Positions 51,122-61,449 of a stretch of DNA of 64,000 bases are shown in pieces. The notes under the pieces were generated by a model. The model saw nothing but the letters and a program-made list of their open reading frames with translations, made no database searches and was not told where the DNA came from. The position numbers and the translations under genes are program-made. Origin of the DNA: an uncultured Spirochaetota bacterium (GTDB lineage Bacteria; Spirochaetota; Spirochaetia; SZUA-6; Fen-1364); assembly GCA_963781885.1 (NCBI GenBank), contig CAWAHW010000004.1, positions 512,001 to 576,000 of the forward strand. The letters run 5' to 3'. Each line of letters starts with the position of its first letter. The stretch's first letter is position 1.

Positions 51122-51973
51122 ATGATCGTTCACCTGATCGACGGCACCTACGAGCTCTTCCGCTGCTTCTACGGCAACAAGCGTTCCACGCGGCCGGACG
51201 ATGGCAGGGGTGCGATCCGACTCGTCCTGCAGACCCTGCTCGGCATGGTGGAGGAAGGGGCCACCCACCTCGGCGTCGCCACGGACCATGTCATCGAATC
51301 CTTTCGCAATGCCCTCTGGCCGGGGTACAAGACCGGCGACGGCATCGATCCGACTTTGCGCGCCCAGTTCCATCCGCTTGAAGAAGCGCTCGCGGCATTC
51401 GGATTCGTCGTATGGCCGATGGTGGAGCTCGAGGCAGACGACGCGCTGGCTTCCGCTGCCGCTGCCGCGGCGCGCGCCCCGCAGGTGCAGAAGGTCTGCA
51501 TCTGGACACCCGACAAGGACTTGGCCCAGTGCGTGGCGGGTGACAGGGTCGTGCAGGTCGACCGGCGCGGCGGTCACATCAGGAACGAGGCAGGGGTCGT
51601 GGAGAAGTTCGGCGTGATGCCGCGGTCCATACCCGATTACCTGGCACTCGTGGGAGACAGCGCGGACGGCTATCCCGGCATCCCGGGCTGGGGAGCAAAG
51701 TCGGCCGCGGCGGCGCTCTCACGCTACATTCACCTGGCGGATATCCCGGTCAACGAGCAGGAGGGACGGCTTGCCGTGAGCCTGCGGACCAACTGGGAGC
51801 TTGCTCTCCTTTTTCTCAAGCTGGCAACGCTCAGGACCGACGCCAGCCTCTTCGATTCCGTTGAAGCACTTCGATGGAAGGGACCGAAGCCGGAGGCTGC
51901 CCGGCTTGCGGCGCAGATGAGGGCGGAGAACATCCTTGAACGGGCCTTGAAGGCGGCATCGGCCATCACGTGA
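51122..51973 (+). CDS. Stand-alone 5'-3' exonuclease/flap endonuclease
   Basis: LIDG, SFRN...YK, EADD, DKDL, ALVGDSADGYPGIPGWGAKSA (H3TH). Confidence 0.9.
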   Translation: MIVHLIDGTYELFRCFYGNKRSTRPDDGRGAIRLVLQTLLGMVEEGATHLGVATDHVIESFRNALWPGYKTGDGIDPTLRAQFHPLEEALAAFGFVVWPMVELEADDALASAAAAAARAPQVQKVCIWTPDKDLAQCVAGDRVVQVDRRGGHIRNEAGVVEKFGVMPRSIPDYLALVGDSADGYPGIPGWGAKSAAAALSRYIHLADIPVNEQEGRLAVSLRTNWELALLFLKLATLRTDASLFDSVEALRWKGPKPEAARLAAQMRAENILERALKAASAIT

Positions 51974-52031
51974 TCATGCAGGAGGCCACGGCGAAACCAT
52001 GGTGCCGCCGGGCACGAAGGCGCTTTTCCAT

Positions 52032-53099
52032 CTACAGGTGTGAATCGGGCGGGCCTTCGGCGGAGGAGACCGCCACGCCGTCGCCGATCCCGGGGGCAAT
52101 CGTGGAATCGACGCCGATCGCGCTCCACAATTCCGGCGGGCCCTGTCCAATACGCCAGAAGGATACGGAGGCGACATTCTTCGCCTGATACAGCTTGAGC
52201 TTTTCCAGGATCGTGCGCGTGTCGTCATAAAAGACCTTCACGACGACGCTCTCAGAATACTCGAACCAGGCGCCCAGCTCGGAGGCATAGTTGGGCGTGC
52301 TCTTCTTTTCCGCGACGATGTCCTGCACGTTGCTGAAGCGCAGGGTGCGCGCAAGCCTCTTGTCCTGCCACGAGCGGCCGTAGAGGGGAAGGCCCATGAT
52401 CAGCTTGTCGCCGCTGACCGTTGCCCGGGCATACGCCGCCACCTTTGCGCACCACGCAAGCGACGCGACGGGACCCGGTTCGCTCGTGCTCCAGTGCTCG
52501 TCGTAGGCCATGATGACCATGCGGTCCACGTGGGGGGCAATCTGCGCATAGTCGTAAGCGTCGGAGATCTGCGCGACGCGCGCCGGCACGGCAACGCTCA
52601 GCATCTTCCCGGCCGGCAGCTTCTGCCGCAGGTCGCTCAGGAAGCCGAAAAAGTAGGAGGCGTCGTCTGCGGACACCGCCTCGAAGTCGATCTGCACGCC
52701 GTCGTAATCCGCCGAGAGCCGACAGATGTCGTCGACGAGAAGGGGGCGCACCCCGTATTCCGGATCCAGCGAAAAGTGCATGAGAGAGCTGTTTGAAAGC
52801 TCGGCAACCACGACGTCAACCCGGGGCTTTATCCCGTTCTTGAACACGACGGCGGGCCGGGCGAGCGCGCTTGCAAGTCTTCCATCCTTGCTGAGGCCGA
52901 CCCCGAAATAGCAGAGGTCCGTGATCGGCTCCGTGCCCGTCAGCTCCTTTTCCTCGCCCTGCATGAGATATGCCCATATCTCCTTGAACACGGGTCTGGT
53001 CGAATCGTCGTCGATCTCCCTTGCGGGCGCTGCCGACGGCGCGAGCACGCAAATAAAGCAGGCAACGGAGAGAACAAGAAAACGGTTGGAGGGTCGCAT
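52032..53099 (-). CDS. Exported glycoside hydrolase family 18 protein
   Basis: DGVQIDFE, IMAYDEH, MGLPLYG, FWRIG; SD GGAGG. Confidence 0.88.
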   Translation of the reverse strand: MRPSNRFLVLSVACFICVLAPSAAPAREIDDDSTRPVFKEIWAYLMQGEEKELTGTEPITDLCYFGVGLSKDGRLASALARPAVVFKNGIKPRVDVVVAELSNSSLMHFSLDPEYGVRPLLVDDICRLSADYDGVQIDFEAVSADDASYFFGFLSDLRQKLPAGKMLSVAVPARVAQISDAYDYAQIAPHVDRMVIMAYDEHWSTSEPGPVASLAWCAKVAAYARATVSGDKLIMGLPLYGRSWQDKRLARTLRFSNVQDIVAEKKSTPNYASELGAWFEYSESVVVKVFYDDTRTILEKLKLYQAKNVASVSFWRIGQGPPELWSAIGVDSTIAPGIGDGVAVSSAEGPPDSHL

Positions 53100-53247
53100 A
53101 GGATGGGGGTCTCCTCCCTTTGATGCTATCCGCACGGGAAGGTGGAGTCAACGACCGTCTGCGATCGTCTGCGATCGCTTCCGCGGACGCGCGGGTCCTT
53201 TGTGCTTTGCCTTTGCACTTCCGCGACAGGTTTCATATAGTGGCGCC

Positions 53248-54030
53248 ATGATTCAAATAGTCGACCTCACGCGCGCCTACGGCAGATTTGTCGCCGTGGA
53301 CCGGATGCGCCTGGAGATTCCCGCCGGTGTCATCTTCGGCCTGCTGGGGCCCAATGGGGCGGGAAAGACAACCACCGTGAAATGCATCGCCGGCCTGCTG
53401 CGGCCCACCAGCGGGAAGGTGCGGGTGAACGGCATCGACGTGGTGGAAAAGCCGATGGACGTGAAGGCCATGCTGGGCTACGTGCCGGAGAACCCCGTTC
53501 TCTTCAAGGCGCTCACCGGCCGGGAGATCCTCACGCTCGTCGGAAGGCTGCACCGGATGGCGGAAGAGTCGCTTCCCGGCCGCATCAACGAGCTCCTCGG
53601 CGCGCTGGGGCTGCGCGGCAAGGCGGACGAGCAGGTCCAATCCTATTCCAAGGGCATGGGGCAGAAGGTCGCCATCGCGGCGGCGCTGCTTCCCAACCCT
53701 CAGGTGCTGATCCTGGATGAAGCGCTGAACGGCCTCGACGCCGCATCCGCCGCCGTGCTGAAAAAGCTTCTCCGCGGCCTCGCGGATGCAGGCAAGACCG
53801 TGGTCTTCTGCTCCCACATGCTGGACGTGGTGGAGCGCCTGTGCGACGAGATCGCGATCGTCGCGGCCGGGTGCATCCGCGCCCAGGGAAGCGTCGCCTC
53901 CATCATGGCGCGCAGCGGCGCCTCCACCCTCGAGCAGGCATTCATCTCGCTCACGGGTGAGACGGACGTGGAGAGCGAGGCATCGGAGATCCTTGCGGCC
54001 CTGTCCGGGGACGGGAGCGCGGGCGCATGA
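53248..54030 (+). CDS. ABC transporter ATP-binding protein (exporter type)
   Basis: GPNGAGKTT, YSKGM, LILDE, SH; promoter TTGCAC-17-TATAGT 6 nt before ATG. Confidence 0.92.
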   Translation: MIQIVDLTRAYGRFVAVDRMRLEIPAGVIFGLLGPNGAGKTTTVKCIAGLLRPTSGKVRVNGIDVVEKPMDVKAMLGYVPENPVLFKALTGREILTLVGRLHRMAEESLPGRINELLGALGLRGKADEQVQSYSKGMGQKVAIAAALLPNPQVLILDEALNGLDAASAAVLKKLLRGLADAGKTVVFCSHMLDVVERLCDEIAIVAAGCIRAQGSVASIMARSGASTLEQAFISLTGETDVESEASEILAALSGDGSAGA

Positions 54031-55622
54031 GGTCCGCGGCGCGCGGGAGGGAGTGGGCGCAGACGCGCGAGATTGCGCGCGCAACGCTCCGCCAGGAGCT
54101 TCCCTCGGGCGGCACGGGCGCGCGCGGCAAGCGCGTGTGGATCTTTGCCACCCTGTTCACCTATTTCTTCGTCGGGCTCCTCGTGGCAGGAAGCCTGGCC
54201 CGCGGCGCGGACCCTCTCGCCGTCGGTCTTTTTGCCGTCACCGCGTGCATGCTGCTCGTGGCGATCTTCGTGGTGTTCGAGTTCGCCACGCTCGTGACGG
54301 GGCCCGACGACCTCGCCTTCTACCTGCCGCTGCCTGTCGAGCCGCGCGCCTACGTCGACGCAAAGGTCGGCGTCACGTGCCTCTTCGTGCTCGTTTTTGC
54401 GCTTGCCTTCGCGTTTCCCGCCCTCATCATCGTGCCCGCCGCGCGCGGACCGGTGTGGCTCCTGGCGCCGTACCTGTACGCGCTCCTGGACGGAGCGCTC
54501 CTCTCCGCGCTTGGAATCGCGACCATCCTGGGCTTCGTGGTCCGACGGGTGCCCCATGCCCGTCTCCGCGATGCCGCATCCTGGGTCCAGATGCTGATCA
54601 TCATGGCGGTCTACGGCGGCTTCACCCTGTTCCAACGCGCGCTTGCCGCAAAGCCGCAGGGGTCCCGGCTGGAGCTCTCGCCGCTCCTGCTCCTGGCGCC
54701 AAGCGCCTGGCCGGCATCGCTGGTACGCTGGGGAGAAGGTGCCCTGCCGGCAATCGGGCTTGCCCTATCCCTTGCGGTGCCGATCCTCCTGTTCCTCGCG
54801 GTCCGCGGGATGCTGTCCCGCTCCTATGCGGGAGCCATGGCAGAGGCCGCAATCGCCGCGCCCATTCGGCGCGCCCCGGCGAGCGGCGGCGCGGCATGGT
54901 TGTGGAGGGGCCCGGAAGAGCGCGCGATGGCGCTCTTGATCGGAAGGCTCTTCCGCCGCGATTCCCGGTTTCGCACCAGCATTCTCACGATCATCCCGAT
55001 CACCGTGGCCTACATCGGCGTCATCCTGCTCGTCAACAGGACGCCCTTGCTGGATCCCTTCACGCCGCAGGGCCGCGCGACATTTGCTGCCACCCTCATG
55101 CTCTACATAGGGATCGGCGTCTACCCCGCCCTTGTGAAAGGCGCGCTCACCTTCACGAACGATGCAAGCGTGGGCTGGGTCTTTTTCGCCTCCCCTGCCG
55201 ACCCGCTCCTGCTCCTGCGCGCCGCGCGGCGCTTCATCCTGGTTTTCTTCATTGCGCCGTACTTGCTCGTCCTGGGAGCGGCGTATGCGCTTTTCACCGG
55301 CGCCCTCTGGCATACGCTGCAGCATTTCATCCTGATCGCCTGCCTAGTCGTGATCGAGACGGACGTCATGCTTTTTTTCTTCCCGCAGCGACCCTTTTCC
55401 ATCGAAGCCGCCGCGGGCCAGCAAGGCGGAGCGATGCTCCTGCAGACGTTGGCCGGCATGCTCATCCTCCTCCCCCTCTACCTTCTCGTGATCCTCGTCT
55501 ACCCGCACCCGTTTGCATTCTGGCCGGCGCTGGCCGGCATCGTCGCCTGCCTCGCGGTGGTTCGGGTCATGGGCCGCCGGTACGCAGCCTCCCGGCTCTC
55601 ACGCGAGGAGCTCCTGGCGTAG
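54027..55622 (+). CDS. ABC exporter permease (multi-pass membrane protein)
   Basis: About 12 hydrophobic segments; ATGA overlap with the ATPase gene. Confidence 0.78.
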   Translation: MRSAARGREWAQTREIARATLRQELPSGGTGARGKRVWIFATLFTYFFVGLLVAGSLARGADPLAVGLFAVTACMLLVAIFVVFEFATLVTGPDDLAFYLPLPVEPRAYVDAKVGVTCLFVLVFALAFAFPALIIVPAARGPVWLLAPYLYALLDGALLSALGIATILGFVVRRVPHARLRDAASWVQMLIIMAVYGGFTLFQRALAAKPQGSRLELSPLLLLAPSAWPASLVRWGEGALPAIGLALSLAVPILLFLAVRGMLSRSYAGAMAEAAIAAPIRRAPASGGAAWLWRGPEERAMALLIGRLFRRDSRFRTSILTIIPITVAYIGVILLVNRTPLLDPFTPQGRATFAATLMLYIGIGVYPALVKGALTFTNDASVGWVFFASPADPLLLLRAARRFILVFFIAPYLLVLGAAYALFTGALWHTLQHFILIACLVVIETDVMLFFFPQRPFSIEAAAGQQGGAMLLQTLAGMLILLPLYLLVILVYPHPFAFWPALAGIVACLAVVRVMGRRYAASRLSREELLA

Positions 55623-55690
55623 GACGGGAGATCGACTGCGAAGCACATGGGCGCACCCGGTAGTCGGGAGAAAACGCGCTTTTTTTGGGT

Positions 55691-55759
55691 TTGACATTTC
55701 TGAATCTCCGTGATACGGTGAGATTGAGTTTGGTGAATCGTTTCACTAAATCGATTAAT
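55691..55759 (+). promoter_or_regulatory. sigma70 promoter with tandem LacI-type operators
   Basis: TTGACA-17-TACGGT (55691-55719); GTGAATCGTTTCAC (55733-55746) and TAAATCGATTAA (55747-55758). Confidence 0.7.
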
Positions 55760-55766
55760 AAGGCAT

Positions 55767-56841
55767 ATGGAAAGCAGAAAAGGTTCAGGAAAAAGGGCGA
55801 CACTCAAGGACGTAGCCACCCTTGCCGGCGTCTCCACGACGCTCGTCTCCAACATCATCAACAAGGTGCCCGGCTCCATCCCCCAGGGAACTCGCGCGCG
55901 GGTGTTCAGCGCCATCGACGAGCTGCAATACGTGCCCAGCGCCATGGCGCGCGGCCTCAGGAGCAAAAAGACCCATGTCATCGCGCAGCTCGTCCTCCAT
56001 CATAAGCCGACTCTCACCACGGCCGATCCCTGCCTTGCGGGAAAGACATCGGCGCTCCTGGACTACCTCCTCCCGCACGGGTACTACCATCTTACCTATC
56101 CGGTTCCCGAGGGCGAGATCCACAAGCGCGAGCTCATGACGTTCCTGAAGAGCTATCGCGTGGATGGCCTTGTCATTGACCATTCATTGGAGGAGGACCC
56201 GATCATTGAGCTCGTGGCGCGGACGGGTCTTCCCTTCGTCGTCTACGACCAGGCCTCCGCGCCGTGCGAAGGATCGGCCGTCGTGAATATGGACGACGAG
56301 GCGGGCATACGACTCACCACCGGGCACCTCATCGCGCGCGGTCACACGCGCATCGGTTTCCTGCAGGGGGAGATCAGGTCGTGGTGCGACCGCCGGCGGC
56401 TTGAGACCTTCAAGAAGGTCCTGGCCGAGCATCGCATTCCCCTGCGCGAGGAGTGGATACGGGGCGACGGGTCCTCCTCCATGGAGGATGGGTATCGGTC
56501 CACCGGGGAGATGCTCGATCTGCCGGAAGCGCCGACGGCGATTGCCGCAACGGGCGACCTTCTTGCAATTGGCGCGCTGCGTCAGGCGCGTGACCGCGGC
56601 CTGCGGGTGCCGGAGGACATCGCGCTGATCGGTTTCGACGACATCCCCACCGTCTCCCTGCTCACCCCGCCGCTTTCCACCGTTGCCCTCTCCTACGCGC
56701 GCATGGGAGAGCTGGCAGGCCAACAGCTCCTGACGCTGATCGAGCAGCCTTCGCTGCGGCTACGAGCCGGTGACGGTCCCCGTCCGCCTTGTGGAGCGCG
56801 CCTCGACAGCGGCGACACGCGAGCAATCCGGGCCGCCATGA
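55767..56841 (+). CDS. LacI family transcriptional regulator, frameshift near 56755
   Basis: TLKDVATLAGVSTTLVS HTH, IGFDD, PPLSTV; the shifted frame gives the typical ending VPVRLVERAST...* at 56841. Confidence 0.88.
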
Positions 56842-56882
56842 GCGGTCCGGCTAAGTCTTCCGAAGAGAAAGGAGCATCGGGT

Positions 56883-58157
56883 ATGAACAAAACGCTTCTC
56901 TGTCTTTTCTGCTTCGTCCTTGCCGTGGGCTTCGCCTGGGGCGCCGACCAGAAGCAGCTGTCGATCTGGATCGATGAGAACGACAAGGAAGGCCAGGAGA
57001 TCGTCGCCGACTGGCAGGCTGCCCACCCGGATGTGAACGTGGTCATCACGCAGAAGCACGGGGACTACAAGCAGGAGCAGCAGCTCGCCATGCAGAGCGG
57101 CACGGGTCCTGACCTCCTGTACGTGAACCAGAGCGCGAGCGAGATGGGCGTGTTCGCAAACCAGGGCCTCGTCATCTCCCTGGCCCCGTACTACAAGAAG
57201 TACGGCTGGGACAAGACGATCGGTGCCTCCTTCCTCAAGCCGAACTACTGGGACACGAATACCCACATGCTGGGCGTCGGCGTTCCCTACACCATCGGCA
57301 GCGCCATCGAGTGCGCGGTCGGCTACTACAACAAGGACCTCTTTGCAAAGGCCGGCATCGCAAAGCCGCCTGCCACCTGGGACGACTGGGAGAAGGACCT
57401 CGCCACGCTCAAGAAGGCCGGCATCACACCCATCGTCACGGGCATCACCGGCGACTCCGGCTGGTGCGCGCTGCACCAGGTACAGGTCCAGACGGAGCGG
57501 TTCATGAGCCGCGCGCAGGTGAACGCGTACATCTTCGCGACAAAGGGCGCGTCGTTCAATCTGCCCGAGGTCATCAAGGGCGCGAAGAACATCCAGGACT
57601 GGGTGAAGAAGGGATACTACAATGACGGCTTCACCGGCGTGGGATGGGACGACTCGGAGAAGATGTTCGTGGCGGGCAAGGGCGCGATGTTCATGAGCGG
57701 CACCTGGGCGGCGCAGGATTTCACCAACTACGCCAAGGACACCCCCGTCAACTGGGACGTGTTCAAGCTGCCTTCGAAAATGGTCTTCGGAGCCAATTCC
57801 ACCGGCATCGGGATCGAGACAACCTGCAAGTATCCCGACGTGGCGGCGGACCTCATCAACGCGCTGGTCATGGACTACGCGCATCACCTGAAATGGAACT
57901 TCCTCCCCCTCAACCTGCCGGCGCTTCTCAAGGACAAGACGGTCGATCTCTCCCCGCAGTACAAGAACATGATCGCCGCCATCAACCAGGTGAGCGCGGA
58001 GGACGGTCTGGGCTACTATTATGACTGGCCGACGCCAAGCATGTATGACACAATGACGGCCAACTGCCAGAAGCTGATGGGAATGCAGATCACCCCGGAG
58101 GACTTTGCAAAGGCAATCGACAAGGATCTCCAGGCGTACATTGCGACGCGGAAATAG
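56883..58157 (+). CDS. Carbohydrate ABC transporter solute-binding protein
   Basis: SD AAGGAG, signal peptide MNKTLL...AWG, GPDL, YYNKDLFAKAGI, F..GKGAMF.SGTW. Confidence 0.9.
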   Translation: MNKTLLCLFCFVLAVGFAWGADQKQLSIWIDENDKEGQEIVADWQAAHPDVNVVITQKHGDYKQEQQLAMQSGTGPDLLYVNQSASEMGVFANQGLVISLAPYYKKYGWDKTIGASFLKPNYWDTNTHMLGVGVPYTIGSAIECAVGYYNKDLFAKAGIAKPPATWDDWEKDLATLKKAGITPIVTGITGDSGWCALHQVQVQTERFMSRAQVNAYIFATKGASFNLPEVIKGAKNIQDWVKKGYYNDGFTGVGWDDSEKMFVAGKGAMFMSGTWAAQDFTNYAKDTPVNWDVFKLPSKMVFGANSTGIGIETTCKYPDVAADLINALVMDYAHHLKWNFLPLNLPALLKDKTVDLSPQYKNMIAAINQVSAEDGLGYYYDWPTPSMYDTMTANCQKLMGMQITPEDFAKAIDKDLQAYIATRK

Positions 58158-58215
58158 CTCGCACTGACGGCACGGCGCGCGCGCCGTGCCGTCCCCCGGA
58201 GAGGAGGGAGGCTCC

Positions 58216-59097
58216 ATGCTCAGAAAAACCCCGGCGATACGCGCGCGAGAGATGCTGGTCTTCCTCTTCCCCGGTCTCCTTCTCTATCTTGCCTTCTTCC
58301 TGGTGCCCACGGCCCAGGGGTTCCTCTTCAGTCTCTTCAGCTGGGAGGGGTATCGCAGGGGCGCATTCGTGGGGTTTGCGAACTTCTCGCGGATGTTCAC
58401 CGACGACACCCTGAGGGAGGCGATCCGGAACGTCCTGTATTTCATGGTGGTGTACGCCACCGTGCCGGTCGTGCTCGGCCTGCTCTGCGCGGCGGTCCTC
58501 TCCCGCGCACGGGTCAGGGGTCTGCTGGCGTTCCGCAGCATCTTCTACCTGCCGCAGGTCTTCAATCTCACGGCAGTGGGGATCCTCTTCCGGTGGATCG
58601 CGCATCCCGACTATGGCATCGTCAATTCCGCGCTTGGCTGGCTGGGGCTCAACGCATGGCGGCGGCCGTGGCTGGGGGATCCGGCGACGGCGATCCACGC
58701 CGTCGGCCTCATGACGGTCTGGTACATGTACGGCTACGTGATGGTGATCTTCTTCGCGGGGATGCAGAGGATATCGGAGAGCCTCTACGAGGCGGCCGCC
58801 CTTGACGGGGCGGGCGCGGCGCGGCAGCTTTTCAGTATCACGGTGCCGGCCCTGCGGAACGAGTTCACCATCATCATCATCCTGATGCTCATCAACGCGC
58901 TGAACACCTATCCCATGATCGCCGCGGCCACCAATGGCGGCCCCGGCTACTCGACAATGGTGCCCGCGCTGTACGGGTTCCGTGTCTTCGGGTTCCAGAA
59001 CAATGTCGGCTACGGCTCGGCCATCATCAACTCGCTGGTCGTCGTCACCATCGTGATCTCCGCCAGCATCTATCTCGTGCGCGAGAGGGAAGGGTGA
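58216..59097 (+). CDS. Carbohydrate ABC transporter permease (MalF-like)
   Basis: FVGFANF, EAA motif LYEAAALDGA. Confidence 0.92.
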   Translation: MLRKTPAIRAREMLVFLFPGLLLYLAFFLVPTAQGFLFSLFSWEGYRRGAFVGFANFSRMFTDDTLREAIRNVLYFMVVYATVPVVLGLLCAAVLSRARVRGLLAFRSIFYLPQVFNLTAVGILFRWIAHPDYGIVNSALGWLGLNAWRRPWLGDPATAIHAVGLMTVWYMYGYVMVIFFAGMQRISESLYEAAALDGAGAARQLFSITVPALRNEFTIIIILMLINALNTYPMIAAATNGGPGYSTMVPALYGFRVFGFQNNVGYGSAIINSLVVVTIVISASIYLVREREG

Positions 59098-59967
59098 GCA
59101 TGCGCGCCGGACACGTCGGCCTGTCGGCCTGGCCCGCGGCGCGCGCCGCGGTGGCGCGCGTCATCCTCTACGCGCTCCTTGTCATGCTGGTCGTCATCAC
59201 CCTGTTGCCCGTTCTTACCCTCGTCCTTGCATCCTTCAAGAAGGACATGGAGCTGATCCAGGCCGGCGGCTTTGCGCTCCCCCGCGTGTTCCAGTGGGTG
59301 AACTACGCGCAGGCCTGGCAGAAAGGGCACCTGGGCATCTATTTCCTGAACACCGTCATCGTCACGCTGGCGGTCGTCATCCTCGGCATCGGTTTCGCGG
59401 TGCTCTGTGCGTTCAGCCTCGTCACGCTCCGGGTGCCCCTGCGCCGGCTGTGGTCGTTCCTGTTTCTCATCGGCATCATCTTCCCTGAGGCGTCCATCAT
59501 CATCCCTTCGTATTTCAACCTGCGCGCCCTGGGGCTGTACAACACCTACTGGGCGCTCATCCTGCCGCAGACGGCGATGAGCATCGCCTTCGGCGCGTTC
59601 TTCCTCCAACCCGCCCTGCGGAGCATCCCGCATGACCTGATTGACTGCGCGCAGCTCGACGGCTGCGGGAACTTCACGCTCCTGCGGCGGGTCATCGCTC
59701 CAATGCTCCAGCCCGCGGTCGCGGCTCTTGCCGTGTTCTTCTTCCTGGCCACGTGGAACGACTTCCTCGTGCCGTCGATCCTCGTGTCCCGGGACGAGCT
59801 GCGGACGCTGCCATTCGGTCTCCTGAGCTACCAGCAGCGCTACACCTCCAATGTGCCTCTGATCGCGGCCGGCGACAATGATCTCGGCCGCGCCGGTCAT
59901 CGTCTTCTATCTCATCTTCCAGCGCCAGGTGATCCAGGGCATCACCATGGGCGCCCTGAAAGAATAA
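59094..59967 (+). CDS. Carbohydrate ABC transporter permease (MalG-like), frameshift near 59873
   Basis: LIDCAQLDGC, WNDFL; the shifted frame ends PVIVFYLIFQRQVIQGITMGALKE* at 59967. Confidence 0.88.
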
Positions 59968-59978
59968 GAGGGGGATTC

Positions 59979-61379
59979 ATGGAGCGGACAAAAATCGTGG
60001 TCATCGGGGCGGGCAGCGCCTCCTTCGGCCTCACGAACCTCGGGGCGCTCCTGCGGACGGCGGAGCTGCGCGGCAGCGAGCTATGCCTCGTGGACACGAA
60101 CCAGGCGGGGCTGCGGTGGGTGAGCCGCCTGGCGGAACGGATGAACGAGCGATGGAAGGCGGGTTTCACGATCACCGCGAGCGCGGATCGCGCCCGCGTG
60201 CTCGCCGGCGCCAACTTCGTCATCCTCTCCGTCGCCGTCGATCGCGAGAAATGCTGGGGCATGGACCACGACCTTGCACGTCGCCACGGCATCATGCATT
60301 ACGCGGAGAACGGCGGGCCCGGCGCGCTCATGCACGGCGCGCGTAACATCGCCCTCATCATGCCCATCCTGCGCGACGTCGAGCGGCTCTGCCCGGACGC
60401 CTGGGTGCTGAACTTCACGAACCCGGTGCCCCGAATCTGCATCGCCGCCGCGCGCTACACGAACGTGAAGATGGTGGGGATCTGCCATCAGATCTTTTTT
60501 GGCTACTTCATCGTCGCCAACGTGCTGGCAAAGGAGATGGGCGTCGACGTGCCCCCGGACCTGAAGTTCCGCTGGCACGACCCGGTGAGCGAATCGCACA
60601 TCATGCGCCTCCACGAGGCGGCGGAAAAGAAGCTGGACATCCTGGCGGCGGGCATCAATCACTTCACGTGGATGCTCGGCATTCGGGAAAAGGGAAGCGG
60701 CCGCGATCTCTACCCGCTCTTCCGCGAGCGCTACCTGGACGGCTATGCTCATTTCGAGCCGCTCACGCGGGAGCTCTTCCGCCTCTTCAAGATCTGCCCC
60801 GTGCCGGGCGACTGTCACATGGTGGAGTACCTGCCGTACACGCACAACATGGCCTCCAACACCTGGGGTGCCTACGACATCCAGATGTACCCGCTGGGAA
60901 AGGCGTCCGCCGCGCGCGATGAGATGTGGGAGGACATCGAGGCGATGGCAAAAGGCGAAAAGCCGATCGATCACCTGCGGGAGGTGCATACCGAGAGAGC
61001 CGAGATCCTCATCGCCTCAATGCGTGCGAACACGCACTTCTATGAGCTCGCCGTGAATCTTCCCAACAAGGGCTACATTGAGAACCTGCCGCACGGCGCC
61101 ATCGTCGAGGTGCCGGCGGAAGTCAGTGCGACCGGCATACACGGGATCGGGGTCGGCCGATTGCCTGAGCCCGCCGCCGAGCTGTGCCGGCGCCAGATCA
61201 CCCTGGCTGAAATGGCCGTTGCATCGGGGGTCACCGGAGACTACGACCTGGGTCTGCAGGCATTGACAATCGACCCCATGATTGACGATCCCCGGGTCGC
61301 CCGCATGCTCTTCGACGACTATCTCGCGGCCCAGAAGGCGTACGTCCCGCAGTACTTTGCAAAGCCCACCTGGCTCTGA
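59979..61379 (+). CDS. Glycoside hydrolase family 4 (NAD-dependent alpha-galactosidase-like)
   Basis: IGAGS, LNFTNP, GICH, AGINHFTW, VEVPA; own SD GAGGGGG. Confidence 0.9.
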   Translation: MERTKIVVIGAGSASFGLTNLGALLRTAELRGSELCLVDTNQAGLRWVSRLAERMNERWKAGFTITASADRARVLAGANFVILSVAVDREKCWGMDHDLARRHGIMHYAENGGPGALMHGARNIALIMPILRDVERLCPDAWVLNFTNPVPRICIAAARYTNVKMVGICHQIFFGYFIVANVLAKEMGVDVPPDLKFRWHDPVSESHIMRLHEAAEKKLDILAAGINHFTWMLGIREKGSGRDLYPLFRERYLDGYAHFEPLTRELFRLFKICPVPGDCHMVEYLPYTHNMASNTWGAYDIQMYPLGKASAARDEMWEDIEAMAKGEKPIDHLREVHTERAEILIASMRANTHFYELAVNLPNKGYIENLPHGAIVEVPAEVSATGIHGIGVGRLPEPAAELCRRQITLAEMAVASGVTGDYDLGLQALTIDPMIDDPRVARMLFDDYLAAQKAYVPQYFAKPTWL

Positions 61380-61430
61380 GGCGCGGCATATCGAGCGGAG
61401 CGCCCGGCCCCGCCCACTCAGCGTGCAAAC

Positions 61431-61449
61431 GCCTCCGACTGACGGAGGC
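61431..61449. terminator. Hairpin between convergent units (candidate terminator)
   Basis: GCCTCCG-actga-CGGAGGC; only a short GTTT tail on the minus strand. Confidence 0.4.

Noticed and set aside
55767-58157. 796-aa LacI/solute-binding-protein fusion in the ORF track
   Set aside because: The normal LacI C-terminus and stop lie in the shifted frame, and the SBP has its own SD, ATG and signal peptide; artefact of a one-base insertion.
15580-59875. Programmed ribosomal frameshifting at the eight breaks
   Set aside because: No shared slippery heptamer or stimulator, mixed directions and unrelated genes.
59094-61379. 761-aa permease/GH4 fusion in the ORF track
   Set aside because: The canonical permease ending (...GALKE*) is in the shifted frame and GH4 has its own SD and ATG at 59979.
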